A DNA stretch of 33,758 nucleotides from an uncultured Gammaproteobacteria bacterium (GTDB lineage Bacteria > Patescibacteriota > Patescibacteriia > 2-12-FULL-60-25): the NCBI GenBank assembly GCA_964405175.1, contig CAYOMV010000003.1:1-33758 (forward strand), read 5' to 3'. Shown one piece after another: positions 9,305-16,971 of the stretch. How positions within the stretch are numbered: the stretch's first letter is position 1; each line of letters starts with the position of its first letter. Made by a program: the position numbers and the translations under genes. The notes under the pieces were generated by a model. That model did no database searches and was not told the origin of the DNA. It saw nothing but the letters and a program-made list of their open reading frames with translations.

Positions 9305-9991
9305 ATGTTCGAAATCATCCCTGCCATTCTCACCAAAAAGAAAAACGAGTTCAACACTCGGCTTAAACTTGCGTCCAAACTCGCCAATACGGTCCAAATT
9401 GATATCATGGACGGGCTTTTTGTTGATAACGAAACACCAAAAAAACTTAATGACGGCACATGGTACAAACAATATCTGCATGATTTTCATAATCCAACAT
9501 GTGATATCGAATTGCACTTAATGGTAATCAACCCCTTGGAATTTATCGACAATTGGAAAGAATTATACGGCATTAATCGTATTATCTGGCACGAAGAAGT
9601 TCCCATAAATCACGAAGAACTTATTCGCTATTTGCACGACATGGGAATAAAAGCTTGTTTAGCTATAAATCCCCAAACTGATATCAAACGCCTCTACCCA
9701 TACATAGAAAAAGAACCAAAAAAGAAAGGCGCGCAAAAGTATTTTTTGGATTCTGTAATGGTAATGGGTGTGAAACCCGGCTTCTCCGGGCAAAAATTTA
9801 TTCCCGATACGCTAAAAACCATTGCCAAGCTTCATAAAAAATATCCCCACCTGCCAATCGCTGTAGATGGCGGTGTAAATCAAAACACAGCAAAAGATAT
9901 TAAAAAAGCCGGCGCTTCTCGCCTTTGCGCCGCGGGAGCTATCTTCCTTGCCGACGACCCAAAAAAGGCATACAATAACCTTCGCAACTAA
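9305..9991 (+). CDS. rpe: Ribulose-phosphate 3-epimerase family TIM-barrel protein
   Basis: DIMDGLFV, HLMV, MVMGVKPGFSGQKFIP, IAVDGGVN motifs in family order. The first metal-ligand His is Gln here (QIDIMDG). Confidence 0.75.
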   Translation: MFEIIPAILTKKKNEFNTRLKLASKLANTVQIDIMDGLFVDNETPKKLNDGTWYKQYLHDFHNPTCDIELHLMVINPLEFIDNWKELYGINRIIWHEEVPINHEELIRYLHDMGIKACLAINPQTDIKRLYPYIEKEPKKKGAQKYFLDSVMVMGVKPGFSGQKFIPDTLKTIAKLHKKYPHLPIAVDGGVNQNTAKDIKKAGASRLCAAGAIFLADDPKKAYNNLRN

Positions 9992-10032
9992 CGTTGCACG
10001 TTTATCATGGCACAACGTTAACACGACGTGCA

Positions 10033-10060
10033 AAACGGATTCTCGTGACAAACGTAATTC
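10033..10060 (+). repeat. 28-nt motif AAACGGATTCTCGTGACAAACGTAATTC, second copy at 33703
   Basis: 24 of 28 identical to 33703-33730 (AAACGGATTCTAGTGATAAACGTGATTT). Both are in intergenic repeat clusters. Confidence 0.7.
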
Positions 10061-10089
10061 TTAATTCATAATTTTTTAATTATAAAGTT

Positions 10090-10626
10090 ATGCGTATAAT
10101 CGCTTTTCTCTCGATGATCGCTCTATTCGCGGCATCAATGCCGGCCAACGCCGCCATCCCTTCGGCCAATCCCGGCCAATTAATCAAAGGTTCGTTCGAC
10201 ACGGTTTATTACTACGGCACCGACGAAAAACGCTACGTCTTCCCAACCGAAAAAACTTACAAATCCTGGTATGGCGATGATTGGTCCGATGTAGTCACCA
10301 TTCCCGACGAAGAACTCATGTCCATCCCCTTGGGAGGCAACGTAACCTATCGCCCCGGAGTTAAACTCTTAAAAATCACCACCGACCCTCGTGTTTATGC
10401 AATCGGATCAGGAGGCACTCTTCGCTGGATTGAAACCGAAGAGTTAGCCAAAACTCTCTACGGCGAAAACTGGGCCGACAATGTAGACGATCTCCCGGAT
10501 CCTTTCTTCATCAACTACAGAATGGGTTCACACATCACCAGCGCTTCAGACTTCAACCCATCCGGCGAAAAATCAGTCGCCACTGCCATCTGGAAAGACA
10601 AAGGCTTGCCCGAACCGGCTAATTAA
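10090..10626 (+). CDS. Secreted protein, paralogue 1 of a three-member family (shared N-domain only)
   Basis: Signal peptide ending ANA. About 140-aa domain with VYYYG.D.KRYVFPTEKTY.SWY, GGNVTYRPGVK..KITTDP, DD.PDPFFINY shared with 11118 and 12607. Strong terminator follows. Confidence 0.75.
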   Translation: MRIIAFLSMIALFAASMPANAAIPSANPGQLIKGSFDTVYYYGTDEKRYVFPTEKTYKSWYGDDWSDVVTIPDEELMSIPLGGNVTYRPGVKLLKITTDPRVYAIGSGGTLRWIETEELAKTLYGENWADNVDDLPDPFFINYRMGSHITSASDFNPSGEKSVATAIWKDKGLPEPAN

Positions 10627-10645
10627 AAAGCAATGACATAAACTT

Positions 10646-10674
10646 CCACGGCTGCAATGGCCGTGGTTTTTTTT
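10646..10674 (+). terminator. Intrinsic terminator
   Basis: CCACGGC (10646-10652) / GCCGTGG (10660-10666) followed by T8. Confidence 0.8.
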
Positions 10675-10692
10675 ATCTTTAATTTTTAAAAT

Positions 10693-10716
10693 AAAAAAAA
10701 GCCGTCATCCGACAGC
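10693..10716 (-). terminator. Intrinsic terminator for the minus-strand small gene
   Basis: On the minus strand, GCTGTC/GACGGC stem (one G:U pair) followed by T8. Confidence 0.6.
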
Positions 10717-10725
10717 GCTTCAAAC

Positions 10726-10980
10726 TCATAAAGATAAATCTTTCCTCACTAAGTTTAAGTCTTGCACATCGACAATGTGTGAGTAAAGAAACTCTTGACT
10801 TGGTGAATCCGGGTCTGCATCCAATCCGCGCAAAAACACATAACCCAAATTCATGTCCACTAAACAAGTGCGGGTAATTATTCTTTTTCCATTAGCAAGA
10901 AAAATAACCGCCACTCCCGTTCCCGATGGGTTATTTCCATCAATCTGTGCAAGCTTACACCTAAAATCTACTGAGTTCAT
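10726..10980 (-). CDS. Hypothetical 84-aa protein on the opposite strand between paralogues 1 and 2
   Basis: ATG 10980 is preceded by AGAGGAG with a 5-nt spacer, and the gene has its own terminator. The beta-rich sequence is vaguely Sm/OB-like (GVAVIFLANGKRIITRT) but not assignable. Confidence 0.5.
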   Translation of the reverse strand: MNSVDFRCKLAQIDGNNPSGTGVAVIFLANGKRIITRTCLVDMNLGYVFLRGLDADPDSPSQEFLYSHIVDVQDLNLVRKDLSL

Positions 10981-11079
10981 TTTAACTCCTCTGGTCAAAG
11001 TACTAATTGTTTGTAATAAATTATCTACCATGCCTCGCGGATTTTGTCAATACAATGACGATAAAAAAGTACACCATCC

Positions 11080-11107
11080 TTGTACATTGCACGTTGTACG
11101 TTGTACA
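11080..11107. repeat. Heptamer array TTGTACA/TTGCACG/TTGTACG/TTGTACA
   Basis: Four phased 7-mers immediately upstream of the 11118 start. Confidence 0.8.
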
Positions 11108-11117
11108 ATAATGCCAT

Positions 11118-12524
11118 ATGAAATTTATAACTAACATTTTGTTAATCTTTACAATGATGCTTTTTGCGGTCCCGCAGGCATCAGCAGAAACAATCAGCTC
11201 GGGAGATCTCATCAAGGCTTCCGGAGCGGCTGTCTATTATTATGGCGCTGATGGAAAGCGCTATGTTTTCCCTACTGAAAAAACCTTTTTCAGCTGGTTC
11301 GAAAACTTTGATTCCGTAAAAACAATTTCCGACACAGATTTGGCGTCTATCGCCATAGGCGGAAACGTCACCTATCGCCCGGGAGTGCGCATGATAAAAA
11401 TTACAACCGACCCAAAAACTTACGCCGTGGCTGCCAATGGCACTTTAAGGCATGTGGCCGGTGAAGATATAGCAATCGCGCTTTATGGAGCCGATTGGAA
11501 CACAAAAATCGATGACATCCCCGATCCTTTTTTCATCAATTACACTATCGGCGACCCAATCAATGATTCCACTGATTTCAACCCGGCCCAAGCCACCGCG
11601 GGCGCAACCAGCATAAATGCCGACCAAATTATGCCGCCATCCAATGGAGGCGATGAAACCCCGGATGATCAAAATCCCCCGGAAGAACCGGGCACAATGA
11701 GCTTTTCCGTCAACGACTCCACTCCCCGCCCCGGTGATGTTATCAATTTCACGGTAGACGCCAACCAAACCGATGGAGTTAGGGAAATCCAAATCTTGAT
11801 GGATGATGAAATTGTAAATACTTGTTCGTTTACAACCATCTGCACCGGAAGCTTTCCCATCCCGGTTGTTACCGATAAAGAAACATACACCGCAAAAGCC
11901 ATAACAAAATTTATCAATCAAACAGAATTGAGCCAGCAGATGACAATACGCGTGGAAGAACAAACCATAGCAAACGGTGTATTCATCTACGCGGATCGTA
12001 CCTCGGTAAAACCCGGCCAATCTACCGGAGTAACCGTTGACGCTCCCGAAATCACCGTGCGCAGAATCGAAATCTTTGTAGACGGCTCAGGCAAATATGT
12101 TTGCGAATCCGGCACCAGAAGCTGTAAATATTCCGTGGAACCCGGAAGTGCCGTGGGCACGTCTGTCACAGTGCATGGAATTGTTACCGATGATATCGGG
12201 CGCACATATCGAAGCGAAAACTTGATAATCTCCGTAACCGAAAACGATTCCCCTATGGTAACCATTCAACCCGATAAAAACACCATATACACGGGAGAAA
12301 CCGTAAATATTACGGTTGCCGCGTCCGACCAAGACGGTATCGCTTATCTCGAAATACTTGACCAATCCCGCCAAATTATTAAACATTGTGAAGGGGCCGC
12401 ACCTTGCACTTATAACTTCGGCCCTTGGAATGAAACCGGCTCGTATACTTTTTACGGACGCTCGGCCGATCTGCTTGGTGCCGAAGATGAGCAGTCAACA
12501 ACAATAAATGTAATAAACCCATAA
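11118..12524 (+). CDS. Secreted protein, paralogue 2: shared N-domain plus three Ig-like repeats of about 90 aa, each with a Cys pair
   Basis: Signal peptide ...VPQASA. N-domain roughly half identical (by eye) to 10090 and 12607. Three repeats share the pattern PG..(I/V)(N/T).(T/V)VDA...(I/V)..IEI..D....C.....C. Confidence 0.8.
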   Translation: MKFITNILLIFTMMLFAVPQASAETISSGDLIKASGAAVYYYGADGKRYVFPTEKTFFSWFENFDSVKTISDTDLASIAIGGNVTYRPGVRMIKITTDPKTYAVAANGTLRHVAGEDIAIALYGADWNTKIDDIPDPFFINYTIGDPINDSTDFNPAQATAGATSINADQIMPPSNGGDETPDDQNPPEEPGTMSFSVNDSTPRPGDVINFTVDANQTDGVREIQILMDDEIVNTCSFTTICTGSFPIPVVTDKETYTAKAITKFINQTELSQQMTIRVEEQTIANGVFIYADRTSVKPGQSTGVTVDAPEITVRRIEIFVDGSGKYVCESGTRSCKYSVEPGSAVGTSVTVHGIVTDDIGRTYRSENLIISVTENDSPMVTIQPDKNTIYTGETVNITVAASDQDGIAYLEILDQSRQIIKHCEGAAPCTYNFGPWNETGSYTFYGRSADLLGAEDEQSTTINVINP

Positions 12525-12606
12525 TTCACTGTAACAAAAAAACACTATTTAACGTCTAAACTAATACAACTAAATAAAATTAATTAATTATTCTTAAATG
12601 TAATTT

Positions 12607-13392
12607 ATGCTGAACAAACTTATCGCCGCATTCTCATCTTTCGCAATGATTGCAAGCATGATGATGCCAATGGCCGCCAAAGCCGAGGCTTTTAACCCCG
12701 GTTCGTTAATCAAAGGCAAAAGCTATTCCGCCGTTTACTACTTCGCTGAAGATGGTAAACGTTATGTTTTTCCTAACGAAAAAACATACTTCACTTGGTA
12801 CGAAAATTTTGACAATATAGTTGTTATCGACGACCGCACCTTGGGCACCATCCCGATCGGAGGCAATGTAACATACCGCCCCGGTGTAAAAATGGTAAAA
12901 ATCACCACCGACCCAACCGTATACGCGGTCGATAAAGGCGGAGTGCTTCGCGCCATCGGCTCAGAACAAATCGCGGAAACTTTATACAACATCAATTGGA
13001 ACCAAAGAATTGATGACCTCCCGGATCCATTCTTCATCAACTACAAAATGGGTTCTCCAATTGATACTTCATCGGAATTCAAACCCGCCGATGTAACTAA
13101 CGCCACTAAAACAATTTCCGAAAACATGAACTTCAGCGATGATGCGGCCGCTATCAGCATCGGAGACACCATGACCGGCTTCGTTCCTTCCACGATAACG
13201 GTTAAAGTAGGCGCTACTGTTACCTGGACCAACCAAGACAGCAAGCCTCATACCGTGAAAGGCGAAGGATTCCAATCCGGTACGCTTGAATATAAAGACA
13301 CTTATCAAAGAACCTTCAACCAAGCCGGATCATTCGAATACCGCGACAGCTTTAACGAAGGCATGGTTGGCACAATCAATGTAGTTAATTAA
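12607..13392 (+). CDS. Secreted protein, paralogue 3: shared N-domain plus C-terminal cupredoxin-like domain lacking the Cu ligands Cys and His
   Basis: Signal peptide ...AAKA. C-terminus ITVKVGATVTWTNQDSKPHTV...GSFEYRDSFNEGMVGTINV follows the plastocyanin/amicyanin pattern, but with D in place of Cys and N in place of His. Confidence 0.8.
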   Translation: MLNKLIAAFSSFAMIASMMMPMAAKAEAFNPGSLIKGKSYSAVYYFAEDGKRYVFPNEKTYFTWYENFDNIVVIDDRTLGTIPIGGNVTYRPGVKMVKITTDPTVYAVDKGGVLRAIGSEQIAETLYNINWNQRIDDLPDPFFINYKMGSPIDTSSEFKPADVTNATKTISENMNFSDDAAAISIGDTMTGFVPSTITVKVGATVTWTNQDSKPHTVKGEGFQSGTLEYKDTYQRTFNQAGSFEYRDSFNEGMVGTINVVN

Positions 13393-13412
13393 AAAGACAA
13401 AGAAAATCGCAA

Positions 13413-13436
13413 AGACGCCCCTAAGGGCGTCTTTTG
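13413..13436 (+). terminator. Intrinsic terminator
   Basis: AGACGCCC (13413-13420) / GGGCGTCT (13425-13432) followed by TTTT. Confidence 0.8.
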
Positions 13437-13451
13437 GCTTATATAACTAAA

Positions 13452-14307
13452 ATGGAACAGCTGTTAAGATATTGTTGACTATAACTCTTAACAATGCTGT
13501 TCCATGTCTATATTAACGCACGTCCCATCAAACGCCAAGCTCCGTCAAATATTCACTAAATCAACTTTTGGTCCCAGAATATTCTGTCCAAGATGCTCAT
13601 CAAGTCACATTAAAGTCTCAGAAAACAGATATAGATGCCCCAAATGTAGAAAGCCTTTCAGCTTGACCAGTGTTTCTTGGCTTAGAAATACCAAGTTAGA
13701 TTTAAAGACAATATGGCTGCTTCTCGTTTGTTGGCAGAAGAAAATAGCTTTCAATACAACGGCTGAAATCATAGGTATTTCATCAGTCACAGTCAGAAGA
13801 TGGTACAGGAGATTTCAAGACAACATAGTCTATGAAAGCCCAATATTAAAAGGAATTATTGAAATGGACGAAGCTTTTGTGGGTCGAAGAAGGTATGGAA
13901 ATCAAAAGATTATTCTAGGCGCCTATGAACGAAATTCCAAGAAGATAGTACTTCGTCTTTCACGCAACAGAGATCAAGAAGCAACTGATAGATTTCTTTT
14001 AAGTAACGTTAGTCAGCAAAGTATGGTTTGGACTGACGGAGCCCAGTGTTATGAGGGTATTAATGAGTTCTTTGGCTATCTTCATGCTTCTTGCAATCAC
14101 TCCAAATTCTACTTCGGACCAACCAATCATATTGAATGTGTCTGGTCTGTGTTTAAAAGATACATCAGGAGAACATATCATCACTATCACAAGAAATGGT
14201 TGCCCAATTTACTGCGGGAATTCGAGGCTCGTTGGAACGCTCCTAAAATGTTCGAAAATCCGCTTAACTACCTACAAATATGCTTAATGGTTGTTCCATG
14301 TCGTTGA
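13452..14307 (+). mobile_element. IS1595-family insertion sequence (about 0.85 kb)
   Basis: Single transposase ORF. Terminal inverted repeats ATGGAACAGC (13452-) and GTTGTTCCATG (-14300). An extra inward-facing copy of the end sequence (13486-13503) pairs with the left end. Confidence 0.65.
13504..14307 (+). CDS. IS1595-family (ISXO2-like) DDE transposase
   Basis: N-terminal zinc ribbon CPRC...CPKC, HTH region, then IEMDEAFVG...ILGAYER... and TDGAQCY typical of DDE_Tnp_IS1595. Confidence 0.85.
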   Translation: MSILTHVPSNAKLRQIFTKSTFGPRIFCPRCSSSHIKVSENRYRCPKCRKPFSLTSVSWLRNTKLDLKTIWLLLVCWQKKIAFNTTAEIIGISSVTVRRWYRRFQDNIVYESPILKGIIEMDEAFVGRRRYGNQKIILGAYERNSKKIVLRLSRNRDQEATDRFLLSNVSQQSMVWTDGAQCYEGINEFFGYLHASCNHSKFYFGPTNHIECVWSVFKRYIRRTYHHYHKKWLPNLLREFEARWNAPKMFENPLNYLQICLMVVPCR

Positions 14308-14527
14308 CAAAAGCCCGTCTTTTTAGTATTGACAACTAAAGCATTATTTGCTAAGCCTTACTCATAGGAGGACCTTTATTTTTTAAAAAGTCCTTATGCG
14401 CATAGCAGAAAAAGATTTATACAAGTATACAAATGAAGTATTGGCTTGGATCTTACCCGCCGCAAATCTGGCCCTTGGGATCTACTGCATCGTCTATACC
14501 CTGCAAACCCAAAACATTTGGTAAAAA

Positions 14528-14550
14528 GACTCCTCGCGGAGTTTTTTTTT
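14528..14550 (+). terminator. Orphan hairpin and T9 terminator 36 nt upstream of the transketolase N-subunit start
   Basis: GACTCC (14528-14533) / GGAGTT (14538-14543) followed by a T-run to 14550. No credible CDS ends upstream of it. Confidence 0.55.
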
Positions 14551-14585
14551 ATTTCCTGCCAACCATGTTAAAATACTGCAAAGAT

Positions 14586-15494
14586 ATGAAAACCATTAAA
14601 CAGTTGGAAAAAATCGCCAACCAAATCCGCCAAGACATAATCAACATGCTATTATCCGCAGGCTCCGGCCACTCTGCCGGCCCGCTGGGGATGGCTGATG
14701 TTTTTACCGCGGTTTATTTGGGAGGTGTGGCAAACCTCAACCCCAAAAAGAAAAACGACCCTTCTCGCGACCGTGTCGTGCTCTCAAACGCGCACATCTG
14801 CCCTGTTCTCTACGCAGCCCTCGCTCATGCCGGCTTTATCCCTCACTCCAAGCTAAAAACACTTCGCAAATTCGGCAGCCCCCTGCAGGGCCACTCCAAC
14901 AACCATTACAACAACGGTATCGAAACCTGCGGAGGCCCGTTGGGCCAAGGCCTTTCTCAAGCCTGCGGTATGGCTCTCGCTTCCCGAATCAATACCAAAT
15001 ATCAAATACCAAATGCCAAATCTAAACAGCGTAATACGAAATACGAAATACGAAATTCGAATTATCATACCTGGTGCCTCATGAGCGACGGTGAATTTAA
15101 CGAAGGCCAAACCTGGGAAGCCGTAATGCTGGCCGGCAAATACGACCTACGCGAAGTAACCGCTATAATCGACCGCAACAATATCCAAATCGACGGCTTT
15201 ACGGAAGACGTAATGCCCCTGGAAAACTTCCGCGCCAAACTCGAAGCTAACAATTGGTTCGTTATCGAAGTAGACGGCCACAACATCAGAGAAATTTTAG
15301 ACGCCATGAAAAAAGCCAAAGCCATGGCCGCCAACCCAACCGCAATCATCTGCCACACAATACCGGGTAAAGGGGTCGACTTCATGGAGAATAAATTTGA
15401 ATGGCACGGAAAACCCCCCAACAAAGAAGAGGCCAAACAAGCCCTCCACGACATCCGAACCTTAGGCGGTAAAATTTACAGTGAACACCAATGA
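14586..15494 (+). CDS. Transketolase, N-terminal (TPP/pyrophosphate-binding) subunit
   Basis: Starts MKTIKQLEKIANQIRQDI. GSGHSAGPLG, GPLGQGLS, SDGEFNEGQTWEA, IDRNNIQIDG. The ORF-track start at 14433 lies upstream of a terminator and adds non-family residues. Carries an in-frame repeat insertion. Confidence 0.9.
   Translation: MKTIKQLEKIANQIRQDIINMLLSAGSGHSAGPLGMADVFTAVYLGGVANLNPKKKNDPSRDRVVLSNAHICPVLYAALAHAGFIPHSKLKTLRKFGSPLQGHSNNHYNNGIETCGGPLGQGLSQACGMALASRINTKYQIPNAKSKQRNTKYEIRNSNYHTWCLMSDGEFNEGQTWEAVMLAGKYDLREVTAIIDRNNIQIDGFTEDVMPLENFRAKLEANNWFVIEVDGHNIREILDAMKKAKAMAANPTAIICHTIPGKGVDFMENKFEWHGKPPNKEEAKQALHDIRTLGGKIYSEHQ
14991..15067. repeat. Eleven phased heptamers (AATACCA-type then AATACGA-type) inside the transketolase N-subunit CDS
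   Basis: aatacca aatatca aatacca aatgcca aatctaa acagcgt aatacga aatacga aatacga aattcga attatca. Translated as NTKYQIPNAKSKQRNTKYEIRNSNYH. Confidence 0.9.
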
Positions 15495-15532
15495 TAAAAA
15501 AGATTTTGGATTACTTTGATTTTATACAGTAT

Positions 15533-15574
15533 AGTGATCAGTGAACAGTGAATAGTGGATAGCGATTAGTGAAG
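15533..15574. repeat. Heptamer array AGTGAAC-type (6 copies), left flank of the four-helix-bundle gene
   Basis: agtgatc agtgaac agtgaat agtggat agcgatt agtgaag. Complementary to the array at 15955. Confidence 0.9.
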
Positions 15575-15585
15575 TTATAAAAGAT

Positions 15586-15954
15586 ATGTATATAGAAAAA
15601 TTTGAAGATTTGATAGTCTGGCAAAAAGCTAAAAAACTGAATATCATAATTCACAACTGCATGATAAAAGTAAACGATTTCGGCTATAAGAATCAAATCG
15701 AAAGAGCTCCCATATCAATAATGAACAATATCGCTGAAGGCTTCGACAAACAAACTACTAAAGAATACAAACAATTTCTACATATAGCCAAAGGATCGTG
15801 CAGCGAAGTAAAAAGCATGCTTTATCTGGGACTGGAATACAAATATTTCAATATCGAACAATTTAACGAAGCATACATGTTGACTGAAGAAATTAGTAAA
15901 ATATTATTTAAAATGATTAATTCACTACAACAAAAACTCAACAATAAACCCTAA
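15586..15954 (+). CDS. Four-helix-bundle protein (23S rRNA intervening-sequence protein family)
   Basis: 122 aa. FEDLIVWQKA, ISIMNNIAEGF, F..FL.IAKGSCSEV are the hallmarks of this family as I recall them. Confidence 0.85.
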   Translation: MYIEKFEDLIVWQKAKKLNIIIHNCMIKVNDFGYKNQIERAPISIMNNIAEGFDKQTTKEYKQFLHIAKGSCSEVKSMLYLGLEYKYFNIEQFNEAYMLTEEISKILFKMINSLQQKLNNKP

Positions 15955-15993
15955 TTCACTGTCCACTGTTCACTGTCCCCTGTCCCCTGTCCT
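15955..15993. repeat. Heptamer array TTCACTG/TCCACTG/TCCCCTG (5.5 copies), right flank of the four-helix-bundle gene
   Basis: ttcactg tccactg ttcactg tcccctg tcccctg tcct, then ATG 15994. 15955-15975 is complementary to 15539-15559 at 18 of 21 positions. Confidence 0.9.
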
Positions 15994-16971
15994 ATGAAAC
16001 TATCCCCTCTCAATCCCTACATCCTGTACAAAACCGTAGAAAAAATCCCCACTCGCGATGGCTATGGCGATGCGCTTTTGGAGCTCGGTGAAAGCAATCC
16101 CGACGTCGTAGTTCTTACGGCTGATCTTGCCGAATCCACACGAGCTCAAAAATTTGGGGAAACTTATCCTGAAAGATATATAGAATGCGGCGTGGCCGAA
16201 CAAAACATGATGGGTGTTGCAGCCGGTTTGGCATTATCCGGTAAAATCCCTTTTGTCTCATCCTACGCCGTCTTCTCCCCGGGCCGCAGTTGGGATCAGC
16301 TCCGTGTATCCGTCTGCTACAGCAAAGCAAATGTTAAAATAGCCGGCGCGCATACAGGTGTATCGGTTGGCCCGGACGGCGCCACGCATCAAGCGTTGGA
16401 AGACATGGCTATCACGCGCGTTATCCCGGATATCATAGTTTGCGCGCCCTGCGATGCGGAAGAAACACGCAAATGCACAATTGCGGCAGCCAAACACAAA
16501 GGCCCTGTCTACTTCCGCTTCGCCCGCGAAAAAACCCCTGTCATCACAACTAAAAAAACACCTTTCACGTTTGGCAAAGCTTATGTCTGCCGTGAAGGTT
16601 ATGATGTAACAATAATCGCCTGCGGCCCCCTGCTCCACGAGGCTTTATTGGCCGCCGAAGAACTCGCCAAAAATCACATCGAAGCCGAAGTCATCAACTC
16701 ACACACCATCAAGCCATTGGACGGTAAAACAATCAAAGAGTCCTTAAATAAAACAGCCTGTGCCGTCACCATAGAAGAGCATCAAGTCACAGGCGGATTG
16801 CACGGCGCTGTCGCCGAGTTTTGCGCGCAAAATATCCCGGTCCCCATCGAAGCCATCGGCATGCCCAACACCTTCGGCCAATCCGGCGAACCGGATGAGC
16901 TCATCACTTATTACGGAATGCGAGCCAAAGAAATCGTCAAAGCCGCCAAGAAAGCAATTAAAAGAAAATAG
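15994..16971 (+). CDS. Transketolase, C-terminal (pyrimidine-binding plus C-terminal domain) subunit
   Basis: 325 aa. TRDGYGDAL, ECGVAEQNM.GVAAGLA, GPDGATHQALEDMA, HTIKPLD. Confidence 0.9.
   Translation: MKLSPLNPYILYKTVEKIPTRDGYGDALLELGESNPDVVVLTADLAESTRAQKFGETYPERYIECGVAEQNMMGVAAGLALSGKIPFVSSYAVFSPGRSWDQLRVSVCYSKANVKIAGAHTGVSVGPDGATHQALEDMAITRVIPDIIVCAPCDAEETRKCTIAAAKHKGPVYFRFAREKTPVITTKKTPFTFGKAYVCREGYDVTIIACGPLLHEALLAAEELAKNHIEAEVINSHTIKPLDGKTIKESLNKTACAVTIEEHQVTGGLHGAVAEFCAQNIPVPIEAIGMPNTFGQSGEPDELITYYGMRAKEIVKAAKKAIKRK

Noticed and set aside
11445-12386. Minus-strand ORFs (191, 82, 92 and 99 aa) antisense to paralogue 2, and similar antisense ORFs at 12762..13323 and 27833..28306.
   Set aside because: They are embedded in genes with clear paralogy or membrane topology on the plus strand. 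They have no independent signals.
14433-14585. The upstream extension of the transketolase N-subunit ORF (ORF-track start 14433).
   Set aside because: The extension contains a hairpin plus T9 terminator and translates to non-family sequence. Family-typical sequence begins at MKTIKQLEKIA (ATG 14586).
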